Of a stretch of 64,000 bases of DNA, positions 48,601 to 56,518 are shown in pieces; position 1 is the first letter of the stretch, and every line of letters begins with the position of its first letter. This stretch comes from Bdellovibrionales bacterium (GTDB taxonomy: Bacteria; Bdellovibrionota; Bdellovibrionia; Bdellovibrionales; UBA1609): assembly GCA_965205945.1 (NCBI GenBank), contig CBDBIB010000003.1, forward strand, positions 288,001-352,000, read 5' to 3'. Below the pieces are notes generated by a model that worked only from the letters and a program-made list of their open reading frames with translations, did not search any database and had not been told where the DNA came from. The position numbers and the translations under genes were made by a program.

Positions 48601-50876
48601 TAAGCTTTAATAATCCACTTGATACAATTAACACTTTAAATTCAAATTCTTATCCTGTAGCAGGAGTTTGCGATGAAAATTTAGGTAATGTTACAGTAAC
48701 AGTGGGCTCAGGAGTGAGTAAGAGTATTCCATGTAATTCTCCAGGAGAATTTAGTAGCGATATTGATGTAAGTGGTGTGACAGGAGTAGTAAGTGTAACT
48801 CAAGGTGTAAATACAGTTGATGCTATTCCAGCGCCAGTAAATGATCAAACTCCTATTTCTAATGCTCCAACAGTAGCAGATCAAAATTATAAAAATGGAA
48901 CACAGGTAGCACTAGATGTAGCTTGTAATGAAGCCGGAGAGGTAGTGACATTTACAAACTCATCATTGAGTCCAAATTCACAAACGTATACTTGTCAAGG
49001 TCAGGGGGCTGAAAGCGTAACATTCCTTTTTGCAACAGGGCAGGAAACTTTAAATCCAAATAATGTTACAGTAAGTTCTGTAGATGTAAATGGTAACCCA
49101 ACAACAAATTCGACTGGATTTAACTTACCAATAGATAATGTAGCACCAACAGTGCAGGTACAAGCAGGTGCAGATATTATAGAAGGAAATAATGCAAGCT
49201 TTACAGTGAGCGTAACTGATGGAACTAGTTTTGTAGCATTTACACCTACACCAAGCTCAGGAACGATAAGCTCAGGTGCTTGTTCTCTAAGTTCATGTAC
49301 AGTAACTGTGACTGGAGCAAGTGTAGGAACATTAAGTTTAGAGGTACCTGCGGGTACGGTGACAGATGTAGCAGGAAACTTAAATGCATCACCTCAAACT
49401 GATAGTTTATTGGTTAGTGCTCCACAAATAACAGGGGTTCAAATATCATCAAATGATGGAGATTCTGATACATGGTATGAAACTTCAGATTCAATTTCTA
49501 TTCAAGTACAGTATGATGCTAATGTTACAGTAGATATTGCCGGTGGCACACCAACCATCTTGGTTGCCTTATCTAGTGGGACTAAAACAGCAACATATTC
49601 TACAGGCTCGGGCTCTCAGAATTTAGAGTTTACGATGTCTATTCTAGCTAATGATTATCAATGCAATGGGACTTTAGATTTAGGCGGAATAAGTTTAAAC
49701 GGTGGTACAATTAAAGGTGAGGTAGACGGAACTGCTAACAATTCGGGTTTACCGTCTTCTGTAGCTGGAGCAAAGATAGATGCTAAAAATCCTACAGCTC
49801 CGAGTACTCTTAACGCTGATTTGGATGCGTTTAATAATCTGTCGAGTAGTTTATCTTGGACTCAAGGCACTGATGAATGTGGACTTTCAAACATTGAATA
49901 TGGTTTTGGAACTAGTTCAGGAGGCTTGGATATTCAAAGTTATATAGATATAGGTTTGGTAGAAACCTACCAAGCAGAAAAGAATGTAGGTTCAGCTTCT
50001 TCATTTAACTTAATTGCAAATATTGATTACTATACATCAATTAGATCTGTAGATAATGCTGGAAATATATCGTCAACAGCGACTAGTTTAGCATGGAATT
50101 TTACTTGTTCAGATCCATGGGCTGGTATAAGTAGATTTATTGCTCTAGATAGTTCGAATAAAGCCTCTATTATTGATGGGAGTGGTGTAAGTGCTGAAGA
50201 TTCTAGCTTTGATGGTTTTGTTCAGACCTGGCAAGATCAAAGTGGGAATAACAATCATTTAGAAGCATCTTCCTCTCAAGCAAGGCCAAGTTATGGTTTT
50301 GATAACAGTTCAACTTCAAATTTAGAATCATATGTTCAAGGTGATGGAGTGGGTGATATACTAAGTAAAAATATTACCGACTATGCTTCAGATTTTATAT
50401 TTTATTATATATTAAAGCCTTTAACTCTACCAGTTGATTCTACTGAGTTTCAAAGTTATTTTAGTAATGCTGATAGCAATAACAGTACTGGTGGTTTTCA
50501 GCTAGATCTTGGTGGAACAGCGAGAGGATGTGACGGAAAATTTAGAATACTTATAAAAGATATAGCGAGTGATCCTCCGTTGCCTATTTGTGGTCCTGAT
50601 TATGATAACAATCAACATGTGTTTGTTGTTAAATATAGTGAGGATGCTAGTGGCGTTAAAACAATGTCTTTTTCTGCAGATGGATCAGAAGCTAATTCTA
50701 TAATTTTATCTAATCCTGCAACTTTTAGGTTGTTAAAGTTGTTTGCGAATAGATCAGGCAATAAGCTTCAACAAGCTCAGGTGTTAGAGTTAAATATGAT
50801 AAATGGCGCTATAACTGAGGCTCAACAAGAGGTAATAGAGGACTATTTAGTGTGTAAGTGGAATGTGAGCTTATAA
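42618..50876 (+). CDS. Giant repetitive surface lipoprotein adhesin (2752 aa)
   Basis: Lipobox LLGC; seven 278-aa repeats; C-terminal region closely similar to the 804-aa paralog. Confidence 0.88.
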   Translation: MKTASIILITIGLILTLLGCEQNVLTSRNSEIENDFDNDKEVSLSFSSSLSSITSKNSQAYPLNGTCNFVAGSVTVVIGTPDVIETFPCNLNNSFSGVMDVSIVNLNPPSVSATQGELTVSADVVPVNDQTGPGTAPTATPPGSYVGRSNYNLLISCSEAGEIISIAGDGIDPSPQTYTCTGSGGEDFPLRLADLKLTNDPNNLIVSSTDAYENPSAGTTIVNVPIDTIPPVVEVQEGANIIQGQAANFTITITDPNISTYNYTVNTSGVESLPYNCTQNPCQITTGIISSTGQLTLTVAAGAVQDLAGNNSTQGSGSLTVRAAGVLSFNNPLDTINTLNSSSYPVAGVCDENLGNVTVRVGSGVSKSIPCNSPGEFSSDIDVSGVTGVVSVTQGVNTVDAIPAPVNDQTPISNAPTVAGQNYTNGTQVALDVACNEAGEVVTFTNPSLSPNPQMHTCLTPGSENVTFYFVAGQETLNPNNVIVSSVDVNGNPTTNPTEFNFPIDNVAPIVQVQAGTDIIQGERANFTITVTEPNISTYNYTVNTSGVESLPYNCTQNPCQITTGIISSTGQLTLTVAAGAVQDLAGNNSTQGSGSLTVRVAGALSFNNPLDTINTLNSNSYPVAGVCDENLGNVTVRVGSGVSKSIPCNSPGEFSGDIDVSGVTGVVSVTQGVNTVDAIPAPVNDQTPISNAPTVAGQNYTNGTQVALDVVCNEAGEVVTFTNPSLSPNSQTYTCQGQGAESVTFLFATGQETLNLNSVAVSSVDVNGNPTTNSNEFNLPIDNVAPTVAIQEGANIIQGQAANFTITITDPNISTYNYTVNTSGVESLSYNCTQNPCQITTGIISSAGQLTLTVAAGAVQDVAGNNSTQGSGSLTVRAAGALSFNNPLDTINTLNSNSYPVAGVCDENLGNVTVRVGSGVSKSIPCNSPGEFSSDIDVSGVTGVVSVTQGVNTVDAIPAPVNDQTPISNAPTVAGQNYTNGTQVALDVVCNEAGEVVTFTNLSLSPNSQTYTCQGQGAESVTFLFATGQATLNPNNVTVSSVDINGNPTTNSNEFNLPIDNVAPIVQVQAGADIIEGNNANFTITVTEPNISTYNYTVNTSGVESLSYNCTQNPCQITTGIISSTGQLTLTVAAGAVQDVAGNNSTQESGSLTVRAAGALSFNNPLDTINTLNSNSYPVAGVCDENLGNVTVTVGSGVSKSIPCNSPGEFSSDIDVSGVTGVVSVTQGVNTVDAIPAPVNDQTPISNAPTVADQNYKNGTQVALDVACNEAGEVVTFTNSSLSPNSQTYTCQGQGAESVTFLFATGQATLNPNNVTVSSVDINGNPTTNSNEFNLPIDNVAPTVAIQEGANIIQGQAANFTITITDPNISTYNYTVNTSGVESLSYNCTQNPCQITTGIISSAGQLTLTVAAGAVQDVAGNNSTQGSGSLTVRAAGALSFNNPLDTINTLNSNSYPVAGVCDENLGNVTVRVGSGVSKSIPCNSPGEFSSDIDVSGVTGVVSVTQGVNTVDAIPAPVNDQTPISNAPTVADQNYTNGTQVALDVACNEAGEVVTFTNPSLSPNSQTYTCQGQGAESVTFLFATGQATLNPNNVTVSSVDINGNPTTNSNEFNLPIDNVAPTVAIQEGANIIQGQAANFTITITDPNISTYNYTVNTSGVESLSYNCTQNPCQITTGIISSAGQLTLTVAAGAVQDVAGNNSTQGSGSLTVRAAGALSFNNPLDTINTLNSNSYPVAGVCDENLGNVTVRVGSGVSKSIPCNSPGEFSSDIDVSGVTGVVSVTQGVNTVDAIPAPVNDQTPISNAPTVAGQNYTNGTQVALDVVCNEAGEVVTFTNPSLSPNSQTYTCQGQGAESVTFLFATGQATLNPNNVTVSSVDINGNPTTNSNEFNLPIDNVAPIVQVQAGADIIEGNNANFTITVTEPNISTYNYTVNTSGVESLSYNCTQNPCQITTGIISSTGQLTLTVAAGAVQDVAGNNSTQESGSLTVRAAGALSFNNPLDTINTLNSNSYPVAGVCDENLGNVTVTVGSGVSKSIPCNSPGEFSSDIDVSGVTGVVSVTQGVNTVDAIPAPVNDQTPISNAPTVADQNYKNGTQVALDVACNEAGEVVTFTNSSLSPNSQTYTCQGQGAESVTFLFATGQETLNPNNVTVSSVDVNGNPTTNSTGFNLPIDNVAPTVQVQAGADIIEGNNASFTVSVTDGTSFVAFTPTPSSGTISSGACSLSSCTVTVTGASVGTLSLEVPAGTVTDVAGNLNASPQTDSLLVSAPQITGVQISSNDGDSDTWYETSDSISIQVQYDANVTVDIAGGTPTILVALSSGTKTATYSTGSGSQNLEFTMSILANDYQCNGTLDLGGISLNGGTIKGEVDGTANNSGLPSSVAGAKIDAKNPTAPSTLNADLDAFNNLSSSLSWTQGTDECGLSNIEYGFGTSSGGLDIQSYIDIGLVETYQAEKNVGSASSFNLIANIDYYTSIRSVDNAGNISSTATSLAWNFTCSDPWAGISRFIALDSSNKASIIDGSGVSAEDSSFDGFVQTWQDQSGNNNHLEASSSQARPSYGFDNSSTSNLESYVQGDGVGDILSKNITDYASDFIFYYILKPLTLPVDSTEFQSYFSNADSNNSTGGFQLDLGGTARGCDGKFRILIKDIASDPPLPICGPDYDNNQHVFVVKYSEDASGVKTMSFSADGSEANSIILSNPATFRLLKLFANRSGNKLQQAQVLELNMINGAITEAQQEVIEDYLVCKWNVSL
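43284..49121 (+). repeat. Seven tandem 834-bp coding repeats
   Basis: The N(L/F/V)PID anchor recurs at 43284, 44118, 44952, 45786, 46620, 47454, 48288 and 49122. Confidence 0.95.
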
Positions 50877-51005
50877 ATTACTATTTATCCTAAACTAACC
50901 CTCTTTTTTAAATATATCATCTTTAATTTGATAAAATCCTAGAGGAGTAAAAAACGTTTAGGATGTCTAGGTTTTATTAGAAGTGAAAAGATGTGTTTTT
51001 TTTAA

Positions 51006-51037
51006 CTTAGAATTGATTTTTAAAAATCAATTCTAAG
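51006..51037. repeat. Perfect 32-bp palindrome
   Basis: cttagaattgattttt/aaaaatcaattctaag with no spacer. Confidence 0.85.
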
Positions 51038-51547
51038 CTTAAGATTTTCGTTATAAATTCTAGATTTAAACAATTCAAATAGGCCTGATATGGAAATCTT
51101 GTAGTACTTGTTTTGTAATAAGCTGCATAAATTTTAGAGTAGTAAGCCTAGATACAGCACCGTAGTTTTTATTGCTGTAAAAAAGAATGGTGAATTTCTT
51201 ATTTGAGGAAGAAAAACATATGCAGAGGTGTATTTAAATACAATTGGCCATAAGAATTTTATCTTAAATTTATTTAGCGTTTTATAAATAAGAGTTATCT
51301 AAAGCAGTATTTTAATAGATTTTATGATTTAAGGGATTAAATTACTCTTTTTTAAAAAATTAGGGGTAGGTATAGAGTATATTTTTACTTTAGTATAAGG
51401 ACTGTAACTGCTCATGAATTAAAGGGCATAATTTGTTTTCTGCATGACTGCGATCTCTTATAACACACCGAAATAATTAAGGCTTTAAAAAAGCTAGGAT
51501 TTTTTTAGTTTTTTGACTTATATTCCAGAAAAGCTTAGGTATATTGT

Positions 51548-52528
51548 ATGGACAAATCATCTAAAAATTTAAAAAATATGGACTCTCTACGTGCTAAATT
51601 ACCGTCTGGAAAATCTGATTTACGAAAACCTGATTGGATTAAAATACGTCCACCGTCAGGTAAAAAGTATTCGAAACTAAAAACAATGTTTAAAGAGCTT
51701 AATCTTGCAACAGTTTGTCAAGAGGCTCAGTGTCCAAATATTGGTGAATGCTGGATGGGTGGAACTGCAACTATTATGATCATGGGTGATACATGCACCA
51801 GAGGTTGTCGTTTTTGTGATGTTAAAACTGCAAAAGCTCCAGCAGCATTAGATCCTGATGAGCCTAGAAAGGTTAGTTATGCGGTTTCTCAAATGGGGCT
51901 AGATTATTTAGTCATAACAAGTGTTGATCGTGATGATGTTAAAGATCAGGGAGCGGCTCATTTTGCTGAAACAATTTCTTTACTTCGTTTTATGGATAAG
52001 AATTTAACAGTTGAGGTTTTAACTCCTGATTTTAGTGGTGATGTTGAGCTGATCAAACAGCTTGTTGATGCTAAACCACATGTGTTTGCGCATAATATTG
52101 AAACTGTTGAAGATCTATCTTTAATGGTGAGAGATCCAAGGGCTGATTATAGACAAAGTCTAAGGGTTTTAAAAACGGTAAAAGATTTAAATTCACAAAT
52201 TTTTACAAAATCTTCAATTATGCTTGGACTTGGTGAAACTGATAAACAGGTTATGCAAGCATTAAAGGATTTGCGTGAAGTAGGTTGTGATGTTTTGACT
52301 TTTGGTCAATACTTACAGCCTAGGAAGAGGCATTTACAGGTTCATGAATTTATAACTCCTGAAAAATTTGAATACTGGAAACAAGTATCAGAAGGTATTG
52401 GATTTTTATATGTTGCCAGTGGTCCGTTAGTTCGGAGCTCTTATAAGGCAGGAGAGTTTTTCATGAAAGGTATGATTAAAAAAAGAAAGTTAGAAAGCAC
52501 TATGAAGACAAAATTAATTAATTATTAA
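51548..52528 (+). CDS. lipA: Lipoyl synthase
   Basis: CQEAQCPNIGEC, CTRGCRFC and VRSSY. Confidence 0.97.
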   Translation: MDKSSKNLKNMDSLRAKLPSGKSDLRKPDWIKIRPPSGKKYSKLKTMFKELNLATVCQEAQCPNIGECWMGGTATIMIMGDTCTRGCRFCDVKTAKAPAALDPDEPRKVSYAVSQMGLDYLVITSVDRDDVKDQGAAHFAETISLLRFMDKNLTVEVLTPDFSGDVELIKQLVDAKPHVFAHNIETVEDLSLMVRDPRADYRQSLRVLKTVKDLNSQIFTKSSIMLGLGETDKQVMQALKDLREVGCDVLTFGQYLQPRKRHLQVHEFITPEKFEYWKQVSEGIGFLYVASGPLVRSSYKAGEFFMKGMIKKRKLESTMKTKLINY

Positions 52529-52550
52529 ATATTTAAAAGGAGAAAAGGGA

Positions 52551-53801
52551 ATGACTACAAAGCTTGCATTACCAGATATTGGAGAGGGTGTAACTGAGGG
52601 AGAAATGATTACATGGTTGGTTAAAGAGGGTGACCCTGTTAAGGCGGATCAGCCTGTTGTAGAAGTTATGACAGATAAAGCAACTGTTGAAGTTCCAGCT
52701 CCAGATGCCGGGGTCATTACAAAATTAGTGGCCAAAGAAGGTGATATTATTCCTATTGGTGGAACTCTTTTAGAAATAAAACTTGATGCTAGCACTAGAA
52801 CAACTCCAGGAGAAAAAGTTAAAGATGAATCAGTTGTAACTCAAGTTCCAATGATGAGTACAGCGCCATCAAGTGAAGTGGCAATCATACCTCCGGTTGC
52901 AGAGTCCTTTGTTTTAGCATCTCCTTCCACAAGGAGATTTGCTAGAGAAGTGAATGTTGATATTAACCAAATTTTAGGAACAGGCCTTGCCGGTCGAGTA
53001 ACAAGACAGGATGTTTTAGGTGCAACAGGCGGTGTGGGCGAAACTTTAGTAAGCCCTGCAGCAGTAAACTTTCCCGCTAGAGATTTTAAAACTAAAATGG
53101 ATGAAAGAGTGCCCTTTAAAGGGATTAGAAAAAAGATTGCTGAAAATCTTCAAATGGCAAAAAAAATTATTCCACATTTTACAATTATGGATGAGGCTAA
53201 TGTTACTCAACTTGTTAAGCTTAAAGAGCAAGCTAAAAAAGCTGGAGAAAAGTATGGAGTTAAAGTTACTTATCTTCCTTTTGTTATAAAAGCTTTAGTG
53301 GCAACTTTACACGAATATCCAATGTTTAATGCTTCAATTGATGATGAAGCAGGTGAAATTGTTTATAAAAAAACTTTTAATATTGGTTTTGCCGCAGATA
53401 CGCCAAATGGCCTAATAGTTCCTGTGATTAAAAGCGCAGATCAAAAATCTATTTTAGAATTAAGTGCTCAGATCACAGATCTTTCAATAAGAGCAAGAGC
53501 TGGAAAACTTAATCTTGACGAAATAAGAGGTGCTACAATTACAATTACAAATATTGGTTCTATTGGTGGAACATATGCAACTCCAATTATAAATCATCCA
53601 GAAGTAGCAATTATCGGTATGTATAAAATAACTAAAAAACCAGTATTTGTTGCTAATGAAAAATTTAAAATAGCAAGTGTAATGAACTACACAGTTACTG
53701 CAGATCATAGATTAATCGATGGTGCTGTTGCTGCAAATTTTTTAAAAACCCTGTTTGAAAAATTAGAAAATCCTGCGGCTCTTATGATAGGAATGGTTTA
53801 A
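52551..53801 (+). CDS. 2-oxoacid dehydrogenase E2 (dihydrolipoamide acyltransferase, PDH/BCKDH type)
   Basis: Lipoyl domain EVMTDKATVE, E3-binding ASPSTRRFARE, catalytic DHRLIDG. Confidence 0.95.
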   Translation: MTTKLALPDIGEGVTEGEMITWLVKEGDPVKADQPVVEVMTDKATVEVPAPDAGVITKLVAKEGDIIPIGGTLLEIKLDASTRTTPGEKVKDESVVTQVPMMSTAPSSEVAIIPPVAESFVLASPSTRRFAREVNVDINQILGTGLAGRVTRQDVLGATGGVGETLVSPAAVNFPARDFKTKMDERVPFKGIRKKIAENLQMAKKIIPHFTIMDEANVTQLVKLKEQAKKAGEKYGVKVTYLPFVIKALVATLHEYPMFNASIDDEAGEIVYKKTFNIGFAADTPNGLIVPVIKSADQKSILELSAQITDLSIRARAGKLNLDEIRGATITITNIGSIGGTYATPIINHPEVAIIGMYKITKKPVFVANEKFKIASVMNYTVTADHRLIDGAVAANFLKTLFEKLENPAALMIGMV

Positions 53802-53802
53802 T

Positions 53803-55215
53803 ATGAGTTATGATGTTTGTGTAATCGGTGCTGGACCTGGTGGATATGTTGCTGCAATTAGAGCAGGGCAATTGGGCTTAAAGACTGTTATTGTTGAAAG
53901 AAAATATATGGGCGGAGTGTGTTTAAACGTTGGGTGTATTCCATCAAAGGCCATGATTTCTGCTGCGAAATTTTTTGATAAGATTCAAAATAATACAGCT
54001 CCCATGGGTATTAATATTGGCTCTGTGACTGTGGACATGGCAAAGCTAAGGAGTTGGAAAGAATCTGTTAGTGCTAAAATGGCGAGTGGCGTAGAGCAGC
54101 TTTTAAAGGCAAATAAGGTTGAAATTATTAAAGGAGAAGCTTTTTTTCTAGATTCAAAAACTTTAAAGGTTAATGATACAACAATTAAAGCAAAAAACTT
54201 TATTGTGGCAACAGGTAGTCGCCCCATACAACTTCCAGCATTTAAGTATGATGAAACATTTGTTATGAGTTCAACAGGTGTTTTAAACCTTAATAAACTT
54301 CCAAAGAAAATTATTGTAATTGGCGGCGGCTATATTGGTTTAGAAATTAGTTTTTATCTTAAAAAATTAGGAACACAAGTTGTTGTTCTTGAGGCAGGAA
54401 ATAAACTTATTTCTGGAATGTGTGATGAAGATGTTCACAAAGTTTTAGAAAAATCTGTTAAGAAAACAGGTATTCAAGTTTATTACAAAACGCTTGCAAA
54501 AAGTTGGAAAAAATCAGGAAAAGGTGTAGTTGTTTTAGCAAAAGTTAATGGTGAGACTAAAGAGTTTGAGGCAGATAAAATTTTAGTGACTGTTGGGAGA
54601 AAACCAAATTCTGATCAAACAAATTTACAAAATCTAGGCTTAAATATTAGCAAGAAGGGTTTTTTAAAAGTTGATGCGCAGATGAGAACAAATGTTTCAG
54701 GCATTTGGTCTATTGGTGATATTGCTGGAGAGCCTATGTTGGCTCATAAAGCTAGTCACGAGGGCGCTTTAGTAGCAGAAGTGATTTCTGGTGAAAATAG
54801 AGTTTATGATGCAAAAACAGTTCCTGCAGTTATTTTTACACACCCTGAGATTGCATCTGTTGGGATTACTGAAGAAGAAGCTCAAGGTAAGGATTATGTT
54901 GTTGGTAAATTCCCATTTAGTGCCAATGGAAAAGCTGTATCGCTTCAAGAAACAGATGGTTTTGTAAAGATGATTGCAAATTCAAAAACCCATGTTCTAT
55001 TAGGTATTCACATTATTGGACCTGAGGCTAGTAACCTTATAAGTGAAGCCGCTCTTGCAATGGAGATGGGAGCAACACTTAAAGATTTAGCCTTAACAAT
55101 TCATCCACATCCAACTTTAGGTGAAACTATGATGGAGTGTGCTCATGTAGCTTTAGGTCATGGGGTTCATATAATGCCACAAAAGTTAAAAAGAAATCCT
55201 AAAATCGATGCTTAA
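53803..55215 (+). CDS. lpdA: Dihydrolipoyl dehydrogenase
   Basis: GAGPGGY, GGVCLNVGCIPSK and HPHPTLGE. Confidence 0.97.
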   Translation: MSYDVCVIGAGPGGYVAAIRAGQLGLKTVIVERKYMGGVCLNVGCIPSKAMISAAKFFDKIQNNTAPMGINIGSVTVDMAKLRSWKESVSAKMASGVEQLLKANKVEIIKGEAFFLDSKTLKVNDTTIKAKNFIVATGSRPIQLPAFKYDETFVMSSTGVLNLNKLPKKIIVIGGGYIGLEISFYLKKLGTQVVVLEAGNKLISGMCDEDVHKVLEKSVKKTGIQVYYKTLAKSWKKSGKGVVVLAKVNGETKEFEADKILVTVGRKPNSDQTNLQNLGLNISKKGFLKVDAQMRTNVSGIWSIGDIAGEPMLAHKASHEGALVAEVISGENRVYDAKTVPAVIFTHPEIASVGITEEEAQGKDYVVGKFPFSANGKAVSLQETDGFVKMIANSKTHVLLGIHIIGPEASNLISEAALAMEMGATLKDLALTIHPHPTLGETMMECAHVALGHGVHIMPQKLKRNPKIDA

Positions 55216-55221
55216 AATTGT

Positions 55222-55875
55222 ATGTTAAAAGAATTTAAAATCATAGATTTAAATCTTATAGATTACAATGAGGCTTTCTTGTACCAAGAAGATCTTTTAA
55301 AAAAAAGGCAAAACAGTTTAATTAAAGATACTATTATTTTTTGCAGGCATCCATCCATAGTTACATTAGGAAGAGCTTCAAGAAAAGAAGACGTGCAGGG
55401 GTGGTCTGGAGCTATGACTTTGGTTAATCGAGGTGGCAGGGCTACATACCATGGTCCTGAGCAAATAGTGGTGTATCCTATTGTGAGTTTAAAGAAAAAC
55501 CCTAATATAAGGGTGAGGTCTGAAGATATTAGGCAGTATTTAAGGAGCTTAGAGGATGTAATTGTTCAAACACTTTTATCATTTGATTTAGAGGCGAGAG
55601 TTAAAAGTGATAAGCCTCTTAAGTTAGGACAGTTAAATAGAGGAATTTGGATTAAAGGAAAAAAAATTGCTTCTTTAGGTATTGCTGTAAAAAAATGGGT
55701 GACTATGCATGGGGTGGCCTTAAATTTAAAAAAAGATATAGATGCTTTTAAAGGTATTTTAGCATGTGGTTTTGATTCACAAACATATACTTCTTTAGAA
55801 GAAGTAGGTTTAAGAGTATCATATGATGAGTGTAGAGATAGAATAATTGAAAAATTAAGGGGTGATTTTTCCTAG
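55222..55875 (+). CDS. lipB: Octanoyltransferase
   Basis: NRGGRATYHGPEQ, KIASLGI, HGVALN and ILACG. Confidence 0.95.
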   Translation: MLKEFKIIDLNLIDYNEAFLYQEDLLKKRQNSLIKDTIIFCRHPSIVTLGRASRKEDVQGWSGAMTLVNRGGRATYHGPEQIVVYPIVSLKKNPNIRVRSEDIRQYLRSLEDVIVQTLLSFDLEARVKSDKPLKLGQLNRGIWIKGKKIASLGIAVKKWVTMHGVALNLKKDIDAFKGILACGFDSQTYTSLEEVGLRVSYDECRDRIIEKLRGDFS

Positions 55876-56517
55876 CCAAAACCCTTGATCAGTATTCTCT
55901 TTAGCAAAAGCATTGGCAATGGTTTTAAGAGGACTTGGGTAAATGCTGATTAAAGAATCAGGTTGATCATTAGATTTTAAAAGTAAAACTTCTGAATCTT
56001 TGCTTAAATTGGTTTGTTGAATTTTAAGATTAATACTAGATTCAACGCCAAGTATAGCAGAGGGAATATATGGTGCTAAAGTTTTATTATCTGGTAAAAA
56101 TGAGTAATCAGAACAAATAGGAATTGTCTTTTTGTTTCTATAAAGTAAAATTAGAGGCCAACCGATTTGAGAAAAATAAATAGTTTCATTGACATTAAAT
56201 GCACAAAAAAAGTCACAACCTAGATTTAGGGTTTTATTATTAAAATTTGAATAAATATAATCATTTAAAAACTGCAAACAAGTATAGAGTAGATTTTCTT
56301 CACTGTTAAAGCATGTAAGTTTTGGGTAAAAAGATGTTGAATCTGAATCAAAGGATTTATTTTCAAACTCATTCATAAACTCAGAAAGACACTGATCAAG
56401 ATCAGAGCTGTTGCCATATGGAGTAGCTACAACAATTAAGTTCTTAGAGAGGTTTTGTCTTAAGATAGGTGGGGTGAATACAAAACTTCCTCGATACCCA
56501 AAGGATTCAATTTGCAT
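55855..56517 (-). CDS. PP2C-fold protein lacking canonical catalytic motifs (putative pseudophosphatase)
   Basis: ATG 56517 lies just after the upstream stop, with a GAGG SD. YFSQIGWPLILLYR..ICSDYS, ILGVESSI and VLLLKSND align by eye with PP2C motifs. Confidence 0.55.
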   Translation of the reverse strand: MQIESFGYRGSFVFTPPILRQNLSKNLIVVATPYGNSSDLDQCLSEFMNEFENKSFDSDSTSFYPKLTCFNSEENLLYTCLQFLNDYIYSNFNNKTLNLGCDFFCAFNVNETIYFSQIGWPLILLYRNKKTIPICSDYSFLPDNKTLAPYIPSAILGVESSINLKIQQTNLSKDSEVLLLKSNDQPDSLISIYPSPLKTIANAFAKENTDQGFWLGKITP

Positions 56518-56518
56518 A

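Noticed and set aside
51548..55875. Missing E1 subunits in the lipA-E2-lpdA-lipB cluster
   Set aside because: Split 2-oxoacid dehydrogenase loci are common, and absence cannot be judged from one window.
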